Shown here: piece by piece, positions 23,410-34,564 of the stretch
How positions within the stretch are numbered: position 1 is the stretch's first letter
Layout of the letters: each line of letters begins with the position of its first letter
From: Macrostomum hystrix
Taxonomy: Eukaryota > Animalia > Platyhelminthes
Reading direction: 5' to 3'
NCBI GenBank assembly: GCA_950097015.1
Contig: CATNEN010000001.1
Span: forward strand, 22,506,001 to 22,570,000
Length of the DNA stretch: 64,000 nt
Notes under the pieces: generated by a model
Seen by the model: only the letters and a program-made list of their open reading frames with translations
What the model was told of the DNA's origin: nothing
Databases searched by the model: none
Translations under genes and position numbers: made by a program

Positions 23410-23490
23410 ATGGTGAAAATCGGTTGAGCCGTTCGGGAGAAAATCAATTACAAGCAAGCAAGCAACCATTTCATTTTTAGTATATACTAG
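23410..23490 (-). other. Helitron 5' terminal region
   Basis: Minus strand CTAGTATATACTAAAAATGAAATGG(TTGC)n...CCGAACGGCTCAACCGATTTTCACC resembles animal Helitron 5' ends. The terminal T of the expected TC is not seen because the gypsy LTR starts at 23491. Confidence 0.6.
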
Positions 23491-24144
23491 TGATGTGCTG
23501 TAGACTGCTGAGCAGCCTCCAGGCAATCTGTGAGTCAGGCTGTTCTAGGTCTGTGGGAGGGCTAGGGTTGGTAGTTAGTGTTTCCCGTGCACGGTCACAT
23601 CCGCTCGCCACCCCCTCCGCTCTCTCTCTCTCTTTCCAGCTCTGTCTGCGCACTGAGTCATATTGCACACCATGGTGCAATCGCTTAAGTTCGGAAGAAG
23701 ACTGGCAGAACAACGCTCAAATGCTCCTACTATAAGTAGAGCACAGTCCGACGAATCCTTGAGATGGTGTTGTTATCATGGTAGCACGATTTCTGTATGA
23801 ATATGGCACTTTCTTGTCTCCAGCCTTCATGCGTTTTGCAACGTTTGCGTTCTCTTGCATCCGTTCAAGCATCTGTAAGTCTGCAAACTTATTGGCAATT
23901 GTGACCGCATACTGCATTTAGAAGCATAGTGTGCCGTCAATTGCAGGGCAGAAGTATCAGACTTGAGAATCATAGTTTGACGGTAAGATTCCCGAGGAAG
24001 CTAGGTAATCTAGCCTGACTACCGGATTGCTCCACTGCTACGAAGCATTCAGTGTTGAGGCCGGTAAAATCTCTCTCTCTCGGAATCTAGTTCCTGTCTT
24101 GGTTATTTGCCAATTGTGTGTGCCACGCTACCACAGGTACAACA
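23491..24144 (+). repeat. 5' LTR of family B copy 1 (654 bp)
   Basis: TGATGTG...GGTACAACA followed by the PBS; homologous to 56973-57639. Confidence 0.9.
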
Positions 24145-24207
24145 TTGGTGGCAAAGCGGTGTGATTCGAGTTAGCCTTTTTACTCATTCACTGCGGAAAC
24201 GGACGCC

Positions 24208-25494
24208 ATGTCCCAAGAGGAATTGGATTCGGAGAGAGAAGAGAGGCAGCAGGTAGCCCGGAGCTTGGAGTCTCGCGGTGGCTGTGCGCTGCAGGAAGCT
24301 GCTGGCAGGAGTCAGTGGAACGGCCGCGGCAACGGCTGTGTCGGCGACGGCGAGGACAGCGAGAGCGACTTCGGCGACGACGACCAGTCCGGCGGCGAGG
24401 ACGACCGGGGCGCAGCGGCAGCGGCAGCAAGGCGACGACGACCGAGGCTGGACGACAGGGCGACGGCTGACCTGGTGTACCGGATGCTCAACCTGATGGA
24501 GAAGCAGGTGGAACAACAGCAAGGTAGGACGGCGAAGATCGCCAAGTTTTCTCGGGGTCAGGACGTGCATCTGTGGGTGGACGCGTTTGAAGCGTATTGC
24601 GCCCGGGCTGCGATTCGCAGTTCGGAGACACGCAAGGCCCTTCTACTCGACCACCTCGATGTACAGTGCCTGAATGCCGTCCTCAGGATGAAGCTGCCCG
24701 AAGAGCTCACGTATGCCCAGTTCAAGGAGCGTATTGTGGAGCGATTCGCGCCGCTGAGTAGCCCTGAGGAGTACCGAGACGAGTTCCGCAATCGCTATCA
24801 GAAGAAATCGGAAACGCTTGATGATTATGCTGATGCGTTGCAGGGACTCGGCGAGCAGGCCTATACCAACCTTCGCCAAAGAGATTTGGACTATGAGTTG
24901 GTCGACCAGTTTATTAAGGGAGTTCGGACTTCGGTTGAGAACCGCAAGCACCTGCTGCGGACTCGCCCTAGGACACTCCTGGAAGCTAGGCGAGAGCTAA
25001 AGCGCCTAGAGGTGGTCGACGAGGCAGTCCAGAGGGCGAAGGAAGGGCCGGCTCGGATGGTGCACGGCGAGGATGAGGACCTGAATGCGCGGCCGCCACC
25101 GCAAGGTGTTACCGCTGCGCTGAAGGGACTCGAATCGCTGATGACCAAGATGGTCGAGGTCCAGGGTCAGCAGCTGCAGCATCAGCAGAAGATGCAGGAG
25201 ATGCTGGTCCAGGCGCTCAGCCGACCACAAGGAGCCGTGCAGCAGGAAGGACCGGCGCCGCCAAGAGGGGCATGCTTTGGTTGCGGGAAGTTCGGACACC
25301 TGAGGCGTGATTGCCCGACGAGGCCACCCAAGCCGCGTTTCGAGCACCACACTCAGGGGTACCCGAGAGAGCAACGGCAAGAGCCCAGGCAGCAGTCCGA
25401 GCTGCAGGCCCAAGGCACTCAGACGTCGGGAAACGGGACGGCGAGGAGCACGGACGGCAGTGCCCCTCGCAGTCCAGTTCCTGGACGGGCCTGA
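24208..25494 (+). CDS. gag: Gag, 428 aa, one CCHC knuckle
   Basis: Capsid-like region (FRNRYQKKSETLDDYADAL, DQFIKGV) and CFGCGKFGHLRRDC. Confidence 0.93.
   Translation: MSQEELDSEREERQQVARSLESRGGCALQEAAGRSQWNGRGNGCVGDGEDSESDFGDDDQSGGEDDRGAAAAAARRRRPRLDDRATADLVYRMLNLMEKQVEQQQGRTAKIAKFSRGQDVHLWVDAFEAYCARAAIRSSETRKALLLDHLDVQCLNAVLRMKLPEELTYAQFKERIVERFAPLSSPEEYRDEFRNRYQKKSETLDDYADALQGLGEQAYTNLRQRDLDYELVDQFIKGVRTSVENRKHLLRTRPRTLLEARRELKRLEVVDEAVQRAKEGPARMVHGEDEDLNARPPPQGVTAALKGLESLMTKMVEVQGQQLQHQQKMQEMLVQALSRPQGAVQQEGPAPPRGACFGCGKFGHLRRDCPTRPPKPRFEHHTQGYPREQRQEPRQQSELQAQGTQTSGNGTARSTDGSAPRSPVPGRA
25428..25481 (+). promoter_or_regulatory. -1 ribosomal frameshift signal: G GGA AAC plus downstream stem-loop
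   Basis: Heptamer at 25428-25434 in the gag frame, 6-nt spacer, then stem GCGAGG-A-GCAC / GTGC-C-CCTCGC. A -1 slip enters the pol frame (GKRDGEEH). Confidence 0.8.
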
Positions 25495-28109
25495 GGGAGA
25501 CTGAGGAGTCAGCTGGAGGAGAGGGTAGGGGCTCTCCTAGCACCAGCTTCCTCGAGCGTTGGTATGCCTCCAACGCTGACCCCTATGTGACGGCGATGGT
25601 TTCCAAAAAGACGGTGCCTTTTCTCCTAGACTCAGGGAGCAGGCGCTGTCTGATTGGAAGTGAGACGTGGGCATCTCTGCGGCAAGTAGTGCCGCACGCT
25701 GTGCTGACAGGAGAGAGTGCCCTGTGCAACTTTGATGGTTCTCGATTGCCGGTTTTAGGGCGAGTCGCCTTTGAGGTCAGGCTCGGCGACTACGCTGTAG
25801 ACGTCGAGTTCTGCGTGACGAAGGGCGAGCACGAGAACATCCTAGGAATTGATTTCATGCGCCAGCACACCCAGAAGATTGACTTTCCGAAGGGGATGCT
25901 GACCATGAAGTCAGGAACCAGAGTGCCGCTGAGGTTCACGAGGCGAGAGGCGAGGGCCAGTCGGGTTTACTCACTCGAGCAGACCACTGTGCCAGCGCGC
26001 TCTTCGATGCTCGTAGCGGTGAAGCTAGCGGGTGGCCGGACTGACTGTCACGGCACGCCGCTGCTTGTTGAGTCCTTGAGGTCAGGACTGAAGCCAGGGG
26101 CGTCTCAAGTCGAGATGGCCCCGACATTGCTGACGATGGCTGACGGGACAGGGTGTGTTGAAGTCATCAATACCTCTTGCTTCCCGGCGGTTATTAGACG
26201 CAATGGTCTTGTAGGGCTGGCGAGGCCATTGAAGGCAGACGAACTCGAATATCTACCGGAGCTAGAGGAGACGCCGGTCAGGCAGGTTCAGGCAGAAGGG
26301 CTGGAGAGCGATGAGGCATGGCTAGAGGAGGTGGAGATTTGTGAGAGGTTGACCGAGGAGCAGAGGCATCGGGTTAAGGAGATGTTGAGAGAGTGCCGCG
26401 AGGCATTCGCAATGCATCCCCTGGACCATGGTGTCACTGACTTAGTCACTCATGAGATCATTGTGACAGATCCCACTCCAGTTCGCATTCCACCGAGGAG
26501 GATCCCGCCTCACTTGATGGAACAGTTGGACAAGATGCTGGATGAGATGTTGGCGAAAGGCATCATCAAGCCGACATTCTCCAGCTACAACACGCCTCTC
26601 CTGATTGTCCCTAAGAAAGACAAGACTATCAGGATTGTCTTAGACTATCGCGAGTTGAATAGCCGCTGCCTGAAGCACGTCTATCCGCTGCCAGACATAC
26701 AGCAGACCTTTGAGCATTTGAGAGGGGCGTAATACTATTCCGCCCTCGATCTTGCACAGGGTTTCTGGCAGATCCCGCTGAGAGAACAGGATAGACACCT
26801 GACCGCGTTCTCGGTTCACCACAGAGGTCAGTTTGAGTTTACTGTGTTGCCGATGGGCATGACGGATTCGGCAGGGTCTTTTCAGCTCTGTATCAACAAG
26901 CTGCTGGAAGGGCTGACGCCAAAGGTAGCGTTGGGGTATATCGATGATATACTCGTCCACTCGCCTACCTTTGACGACCATTTGGAGCATCTGAGGATGA
27001 TGCTGACGCGAATCCGTGAAGCCCAGTTCAAGCTGAAGCCGAAGAAGTGCCACCTGTTCAAGAGGGAGCTGCACTACTTAGGCCATGTGGTGACACCAGA
27101 AGGCATCCTGACGAACGAGGATAAGATCGCCGAGCTCAGAGGCTGGCCGACACCTCGAAGCGCCAAAGAATTGCGCAGCTTCTTGGGGTTGGCACAGTAC
27201 TACAAGAAGTTCGTCCGCAATTACTCAGGGATTGCAGCACCATTGCACGAGCTCACTAAGCGGGACGTTACCAGCTTGAAGGGTCTGTGGAAGACAGAGC
27301 ATGAGAGAGCCTTTCAGGGATTGAAGGATGCGTTGTGCTCAACGGAGGTACTGGCGTACCCGGAGTACACCTCTGACCCGAAGGTGACTTTCGTCCTGGA
27401 CACAGATGCCTCTGATGACCGCATAGGGGCTTGTTTGAATCAGCTGCAGTCTGATGGAGTAGAAAGGCCTGTCGGCTACTACAGCCGGAAGCTGCGAGGG
27501 CCGGAGACCCGCTACACTACGACCCGCAAAGAATTGTTGGCAGTCGTAGATGCGATGCGGCATTTCCGGTACTTCCTGGTTGGCAAGAAGTTTGTTGTCC
27601 GGTCCGATCACAAGGCCCTGTTGTGGCTCATGCATCAGACCGAGGCGACAGGCATCCTAGGCCGTTGGGTTGAGAGAATGAGTGAGTTTGACTTCACCAT
27701 TGTTCATCGTCCTGGAAAGTCTCACCAAAATGCTGACTCGATGTCGAGAAAGCCGGATAACCCGGTGAATTGTTCTTTTGGGGTGGTGACACCCCACAAC
27801 CAGTTCGGTGCGAGTGCTTGCACCCGCCAATTTTCGAGTCAGCTGGAGGAGGGACAGGAAAGGGACAATAAACAGGTTGAAGTCAACGAAGCCGCAGAGC
27901 CACTGCGAGCTGTGAAACCCAAGGCTCAAGATGTCATTGACGGCCGATCAGGATGGGAAGCAGCTGTGTCTGAAGGACTGGTGAAAGAGCCGGTCCTGGA
28001 GCCTGTCGAGGTGCGCCAAGACAAGGCGGTGCTGCAAGGGTGTCAGGATGACACGACCGCAGGCCAGCCTTTGAGGCGGGAAGCACCTGTCAACGGGGCC
28101 CCGCAGTCA

Positions 28110-28625
28110 GCTCGTTGCAGCCAGTTCTGCCTGCAGACTGTGGACGCCGCCGGGCAGACGGTAGCTACTGAAGGTAGCTGGAGCCAGGGAGCCACAAGGG
28201 AGGAGCACTGGGTGCGGGGCTGTGATGCCAAGGCACAGGTGCAGACTCAGGTGGTGGCGGAAGGTTCAGAGGTAAAGGATAAGGTGCCCGCTCGTTGCAG
28301 CCAGTCCTGCCTGCAGGCGCCGGATCCAGAGCCTCTGGTGTGTCCGGAGACAGAGGAGGTGTCCGCTCGTTGCAGCCAGTCCTGCCTGCAGACACCGAAT
28401 CCTGCTGTTGAGGAGTTCTCGGAAACAGGGGAGAAGTCGCTGGCTCGTTGCAGCCAGTCCTGCCTGCGAGCGACTGATCCCGCTGTGTCAAGGTCCTCGG
28501 GTCAGGAGGATCAGCAGTTAGCTCGTTGCAGCCAGTCCTGCCTGCCGACTGCTGGTCCCTCCGTGGGACAGGGAGCAGAGGTGGAGGGGAGTTGTCAGAC
28601 TCGTTGCGACCAGTCTCGCCTGTCA
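28110..28625 (+). repeat. 78-nt-period repeat with a conserved 25-nt core inside pol
   Basis: GCTCGTTGCAGCCAGTCCTGCCTGC-type cores at 28110, 28290, 28365, 28443, 28521 and a degenerate one at 28599; encodes ARCSQSCL. Confidence 0.92.
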
Positions 28626-30189
28626 AGGACACCCCCTGCTGCCAGGGCTCCTGGGTCCAAGGACAAGGAGGACAAGGACAGTGGAGAGCTGCCTCCGGTA
28701 AGAGCAGTGGTGACAGAGTTCCTGAGGGTGCCGGTTAGCCAGGTCGAGTTGCTAGAAGCTCAGCACCAAGACCCAGCAATCCGATACCTGACGGAACTGA
28801 AACTGTCAGGAAGGCAAAAGCCCAGGTTCGATCAGCGACTCCAGATGCCGAAAGAGGTCAGAGACCTCCTGGGTGCATTTGAGGAGCTGGAGGTGCGCGA
28901 CGGGTTGCTCGTCATAGACTTTGATGACAACCGGCCGCCGCGACCAGTGCTACCGAAAGCGTTAGACTCGCGTGTCTTTGAGGCCTTGCATGACTCACCC
29001 CTGGCGGGTCATCTCGGCCAGTCCAAGACAGTGCAGAGAGTTAGAGACAGGTTCTGGAGACCCGGTCTCTGGTCGGAGGCGACGGGGTACGTGGCACGTT
29101 GCAGGACATGCCTGGAGAGCAAGTCAAGGCGGAAGGAGGTAGTCCCACCGCAGAGCTATCCAGTGTGTGAGGTTTTGGGAAGGGTGCACGCCGACGTAAT
29201 CGGGCCTTTGTCTCAGCCAAGTGCCCGAGGACATCGGTACATCCTCACCCTGTGTGATGCAACATCGAAGTACCCGTTTGCCTATCCGATGCGAAACCAG
29301 AAGACGAAAACCGTGATCAAACTGCTGCTGGATAGGTTCATTCCCGAGTACGGTGCACCAGCCTGGTTGCACACGGACCAGGGGACGAACTTCATGAGTG
29401 CAGAGTTTGAGGACTTCTGCAAGCTGTATGGCATCCGCCACACGCACACGTGTCCCTATAACCCAGCCAGCAATGGCCAGGTCGAAAACCTGAATCGCCA
29501 AATCAAGTCAGTGCTCACGTGCTTGTTGGAAAAGGATCACAAGGATTGGGACCTGATGCTGCCCGCGTGCTTAATCGCGTTGCGCACCAGTGTCCACCCT
29601 GTGACCGGGTACACGCCGTACTTCCTGGTCTTCGGACGGGAGTACCGGCTGCCCGTCGACAACACCTTGACTGCACTGGCTGAATACGCAGACCTGCCAG
29701 ATTATCTCCGACAGTTCCAGGAGCGCATAGACCAGGCGGTCAATTGTGCCCGGGACAAGCTCGAGAGGTACCAGGTGCTGCGAGAAGAACACTACCAAGA
29801 AAGACCGCAGGCGAGACCACTCCGCCCAGGCCAGCTGGTCCTGCTCAACAACCCGGTGATCGAATCCGGCGAGATCAGCAAATTCCATCGGCCTAGACAA
29901 TCGGTCTACGTAGTGCTCGAGTGTAAGGGCGAAACGGTGTACAAGATCAGGCGACACGGCAACACCAGGAAGGCCAGGAAGCAGGTGCTTGTAGTCCACC
30001 GTCGCAACCTGCTCCCGGTACCGGCCTCAATATGCGACAGGACGGAAGAGGCGAGCCCGGCACGGCGGAAGCTCGGAAGGCCACCCAAGGGTAGCCCTCC
30101 AGCAGCTGACGCGGCCGGTGAGCCTGCCGACAGCGACGACGACAGTGACGACGACGAGATCGGCCTGTGGAGCGCTCGAAGGTGGCACC

Positions 30190-30510
30190 TGATCCCCCAG
30201 TTGGCCATGATCCCCCAGTTGATAATGATCCCCCAGTTGACAATGCTCCCCCAGATGACAATGATCCCCCCAGATGACAATGATCCCCCAGATGACAATG
30301 ATCCCCCAGTTGACAATGATCCCCCAGTTGACGATGCTCCCCCAGATGACAATGATACCCCAGTTGACAATTATCCCCCAGTTGACGATGATCCCCCAGT
30401 TGACAATGATCCCCCAGTTGATGATGATCACCCAGTTGAGAATGATTTCCCATTTGATGATGACTCCCCATTGATGATGATGCCTAGTTGACAATGTTGC
30501 CCAGTTGAAT
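30190..30510. repeat. 18-bp minisatellite (GATCCCCCAGTTGACAAT)
   Basis: About 17 copies; the same unit recurs at 55800-55910. Confidence 0.95.
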
Positions 30511-30664
30511 TTTTATCTTAGCTTCTTTCGTAGAAAATTGAGAAGTACAACAATTAAGTGAATATTAGGCAAAATATTTATCATAAAAAAATATATCATT
30601 ATGAAGTTATGAGATAACAAACTCAAAATGTCGAGAATTCAATTCAATGACAAAAGAAAACTTT

Positions 30665-30905
30665 TGTCATGATTCAAACTCCGGCTAAACTAGAGTCTAA
30701 ATCATGGCTAAACTAGAGTCTGAATCATGGCTAAACCAGAGTTTAAATCATGACAAAACCAGAGCTTGAATCATGGCTAAACTAGAGTCTGAATCATGGC
30801 TAAACCAGAGTTTGAATCATGGCTAAACCAGAGTCTGAATCATGGCTTAACCAGAGTCCGAATCATGGCTAACGCAGAGTTTGAATATGGCTAAAGCAGA
30901 GTCAG
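30665..30905. repeat. 23-bp minisatellite (AATCATGGCTAAACYAGAGTYTG)
   Basis: About 10 copies. Confidence 0.93.
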
Positions 30906-31879
30906 ATTCAGACGCATTATCTCAAATGCTGAAGTGAAAATTACAAAATCACAGTTCAATGAAATTGGTTTTCTGTGCACATTAAGATAGCTAATTTACC
31001 GATTGTCCATTCGAAGGCTTCGACCCTTAAAAATAATTTTTAACTCTTTTCAAGTCATTTAATGTCCGAATCCAGCGATTATCAGTTTATTGATTTTCTA
31101 TTGACCAACTGGTGGTACATTAGGTTGAGTACAAGCCCCACCACCCATTCACCTGCATTGCAGTGCAGTCAGAGAAAAGAAATAGCAGTTTATCGATATT
31201 CGTTAGATCACATCAAAATGAATAGATCAATCAGCTTGGGCTACGTAGAAGCATGTACACACGCCACGGTTAATATTAGTTTTCACACCTCATGCCGCCC
31301 CCTGCGCACTGCTCAAGCCAGCCTTCTCGCTAGCATTTGGGATACAATCATTATTGAAATTAAAAAAATAGCAAATGAGACAGCCTAGTTTGGAAGTAGT
31401 GAGTTTGGAATGCAAGTCAATCAGTCAGTCAGGTTTTAATATATATTGCTGTGGATGGACGGTTAGCAAAATTTACGTGTACATTTAAACACTTCCTAAT
31501 TTATATTTTCTTCCAGCTTTTAGAATGTGAATGCAAGGGTGACTGAGAGACAGGAAGAACATCGTTCATCGTTCAGCGATCACTGAAAGATGAACGATGT
31601 ACAGCGACTGTCAACGATCCAATCACATTATTAAAAGCAGCTAGTACATGTAGAAGATATAGATAAGGTAGACAAGAGAGAGAAGTACCTGTTTTGTGCA
31701 AACAAATAGTGTACATTATCCAATGGTTACAATCTTTTCTATATATATAGCTATATATAATTGGAATGGTATAGTGTAAAAAGCCAGGTAAAACCTACAG
31801 ACAGCCTTTTTTGCTTTGTTGCTTAATCTTATTCAATGCACCAACTTTAATAATGAAAATTTTGGATCTGCCGCACAAC

Positions 31880-32350
31880 GGAAGATCATCAGTTGTTGCA
31901 CGAGTCTTACTGAGAACGGAAGTAAGTTACTCGATTTTAATTGTTTAATAATATACACTCGTATTGTTACAGACATTTCTCCAATTTTTAGGCTTTTTCG
32001 CTTTGCACAAACATTCATTTCAGCTACGCAACTTCACAACATCGCAAGGCGGCAACAGCACTCTTTTTTCCGCGCTCCTAGTTGACGAGACCAGCGATGT
32101 AAGGGCTTGTTTTTTTGGGCGCCAACTCGAAGCGATTTGGGAGAAGTGCGCCGAGGACAACAGCATATCTGTAAATGGCGCAATCGTAAAGCTGGCCGAC
32201 GACCGCTATAACATTTCTCATAATCAAAGAGAGTTACGAGTCGACATCGACAATGGCGGCGCCGTTGAAGAAGTGCCTGAAAAGGTACCGGGCGTCGCGA
32301 GCTTCAGACTCCGCCCGATTTCAGAACTCGCTGCAATTAGAACTGACGGG
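31880..32350 (+). pseudogene. Diverged RPA70-like OB-fold fragment (third paralogue)
   Basis: VVARVLLRTE, intron GTAAGT...CAG, then LRNFTTSQGGNSTLFSALLVDETSDVRACFFG...VKLADDRYNISHNQRELRVD; aligns by eye to OB1 of the 13205 gene. Confidence 0.75.
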
Positions 32351-34273
32351 TCTGTTATTAGAGTTTTTAGATTTTATGAATTGTAACTACACCCGGTGTA
32401 AAAAGCATCGTCGAAAAGACGTCTTTTCGACGCCTACGGTCCGATCTAACCCTATGACAGCTCAGCTAAAAAAATCGAGTTAGCTGCTGAAAACGTCATA
32501 AAAGGCTTTATTTTCCGTTACTTATGCATTTAAAAGATGAAAAATTGTGTAATTCCAACAGTCCGATTCCAGTCCGCAAAAGGACATTTTTTGATCTACT
32601 GTACAGAACCTAACATGCTTAAAATACTACTCGTATTTAAACGTTAGTAGTACAGCAAGTTAAATGTTTGGTTTGTATAATCGTAATATTTAGTTTTTAG
32701 ATATAAATTATTTACTATACATATACTTACTGTTTTACTGATCAGTGAGAGCTAGGAAATAAAGTTTGTGTGCATCAGTGAAACAATTTACGAGTCTATA
32801 GTGGAATCATCAAAATATTCTGAGCGTGTATACAGTTCGATCTTCTGGTCGGCCATGCATATTCTGGCTGTCTGCAGTAAACCGCTCAATAGCCGTATAA
32901 AATGATTGATACTGCGGCAAATGCTTTAATTGAATTACATCTCGAATAGCTATGTATTTAGGAGTATATAGAATAGGTTGAAATCGCATGATTGAGATGG
33001 TCCGTTTTCCGTCCGATTTGAGTCCGTAAAAAAGCGACGTGAATGTAAAATTTAACAAACACATGTATTTTGACCGCAGGCAATAAAAAGTTTTGTCGCA
33101 GAAGAAGCCAGTTGCACTAAACTTAATAAGAAGTCAGAATCAATTTTTTAGTTTCAAATTGCAGCTTAAAAACGAAAGAATGGCCTGAGCAAAGTTTTTG
33201 AAAGCGCATGCACTGCAAACTTTCACTTTGACCTGACCGGATCCTCAATTAATTAGCTATTATGTACGTGAGAATTCTCGATTCGATCAACGAATTCTCA
33301 AAAACTATTCACAGTAAGACACTACAACTCATTAGACAAGACAAAGTGAATATAAACACCGATATCAAACGATCGCCATCACTTTGTGGTTTATATATAA
33401 GTTAATTATTAAGTGAAAGTCTATTTGATCAGCAATGTTAGTGTAGTTTAGTTAGGATATATTATGAAGCTACAGGAATATTTTTTACAAAAAAGAGTGT
33501 TATTTTAAAGCGCATAGTGTATATTTACTTTTATTTAGCAAAAAATACATATTTTTGCAACATATTATAATGAATTGTACCATGTGAGGCTTAAATGCCT
33601 ATATACTATATAGCTAGGTTACAATTCCTATTTTCTGCTCTAGATACTTCAAGTCTAACTCCTGTTTATTCTTGGGCTTTCACAAGTGGCTATTTTATTG
33701 AAACAGTGAAAGAAAGAAACTGTTATATAGCTATGATATGAGAACTAATTGTCATGAAAAATGTATTATTACTTATTAGCTGGTTTAGGTATGTGGCATG
33801 CAGTTTTGGTCATGCTTAGGCATTAAGAAGCAAAGATCTGTCAGTTAACAGTGAGCTATAGTCAATCATGCCTTTCATAATCTTGGATGGCAGCAGCATT
33901 CAGGCTAGCTCTTGTTGGCCAAGCACCAGATACAGTAGAAGTTCCAGTAAGCTCTCGTACATGCAGATCGAGAATCTTGCCATTCCTTAACCTGTTTGAA
34001 AAGGATAAGGTGGTTAAGAGAGTTGTTGGTTAGCTTGTTGGTTTTAAATGTATTAAACAGAGCAGAAAAATAAATAACATAGCACATAATATGTATAGGC
34101 TAAGTAATTAATATAATTTATTATACCTACCTATGGTCAACAGCACAGCCACAGCTATTGTGCAGCATACGCTCGTATCTAAAGGCTGCACATGGCTGTT
34201 CAGTCCATGGACATAGGGATGCCAGACCCACCTTCAGTTCCCCTAGTTAATATTGGTACCCATTTTACAGCTG

Positions 34274-34564
34274 GGTTGTAGCCAGCAGTTAGAGCGTCGG
34301 ACTCGCATCTTGAAGCTTGATGGTTCGATTCCTGACTCCTATTTCAATTTGTGTGTCTAAGAAAGGCACTTAACTCTGAATTGCTTCAGTTCACCTAGCT
34401 AGCTATTAAATGGATGGGTACCAGTATTAGCTGTGGTAACTTATGGTGGGTGTAGCCTCCCCCCAGTCCATGGACTGTACTGGCTGTAGTCCATAGCCGT
34501 ACGCAGTCTTCAGATGCGCTGCAAAATAGTTGCAGCTGTGCTGTCACTCCACATCTGGCCCAAT
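34274..34564 (+). mobile_element. tRNA-derived SINE, near full length; partial minus-strand copies at ~34140-34273, ~34608-34690 and ~35053-35250
   Basis: GGTTGTAGCCAGCAGTTAGAGCG (A box), GGTTCGATTCC (B box), GGCACTTAACTCTGAATTGCTTCAGTTCACC...ATGGGTACC core; homologous to 1527-1703. Confidence 0.8.

Larger units (their letters stand above)
9957..23490 (-). mobile_element. Helitron (rolling-circle transposon), ~13.5 kb, defective RepHel, carrying accessory genes and a LINE insertion
   Basis: Minus-strand order: animal-Helitron-type 5' end (~23490), STPR-like repeats, OTU, Rep motif, PIF1 helicase, accessory genes, then a 3' GC hairpin and CTAG followed by T (9985-9957). That both termini belong to one element is inferred. 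Confidence 0.75.
23491..30191 (+). mobile_element. Ty3/gypsy LTR retrotransposon, family B copy 1, 3'-truncated and defective
   Basis: 5' LTR, PBS TGGTGGCAAAGCGGTG from 24146, gag and pol. Identity with copy 2 stops at GGTGGCACCTG (30191); no 3' LTR. Confidence 0.95.
25428..30191 (+). pseudogene. pol: pol (protease, RT, RNase H, repeat insert, integrase) with a premature stop
   Basis: LLDSGS, YIDD, DTDAS...RKELLA...SDHKAL, HDSPLAGH...CRTC, HADV / TDQGTNF / GQVENLN. TAA at 26730-26732 where copy 2 has CAA (60228-60230). Confidence 0.95.

Noticed and set aside
23717-23917. Conserved antisense peptide in family B LTRs (also 57200-57406)
   Set aside because: The ATG frame of copy 1 hits a stop after five codons in copy 2; the similarity only reflects shared LTR DNA.
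26730-26732. Programmed stop read-through in pol
   Set aside because: Copy 2 has CAA at the same site, so this is a simple nonsense change (or a sequencing error).
28110-28625. CRISPR array
   Set aside because: The repeats are in frame within a eukaryotic retrotransposon pol, the spacers show faint mutual similarity, and there are no cas genes or leader. Kept only as an unusual repeat.
30192-30494. DDNDPPV / MIPQLT / WGII repeat proteins, including the C-terminus of the 1215-aa ORF
   Set aside because: Translation artefacts of the 18-bp minisatellite fused to truncated pol; copy 2 has a different continuation.
34274-34340. tRNA gene (also 1640-1703)
   Set aside because: A and B boxes are present, but there is no convincing acceptor stem and the head continues into a repeated SINE body.
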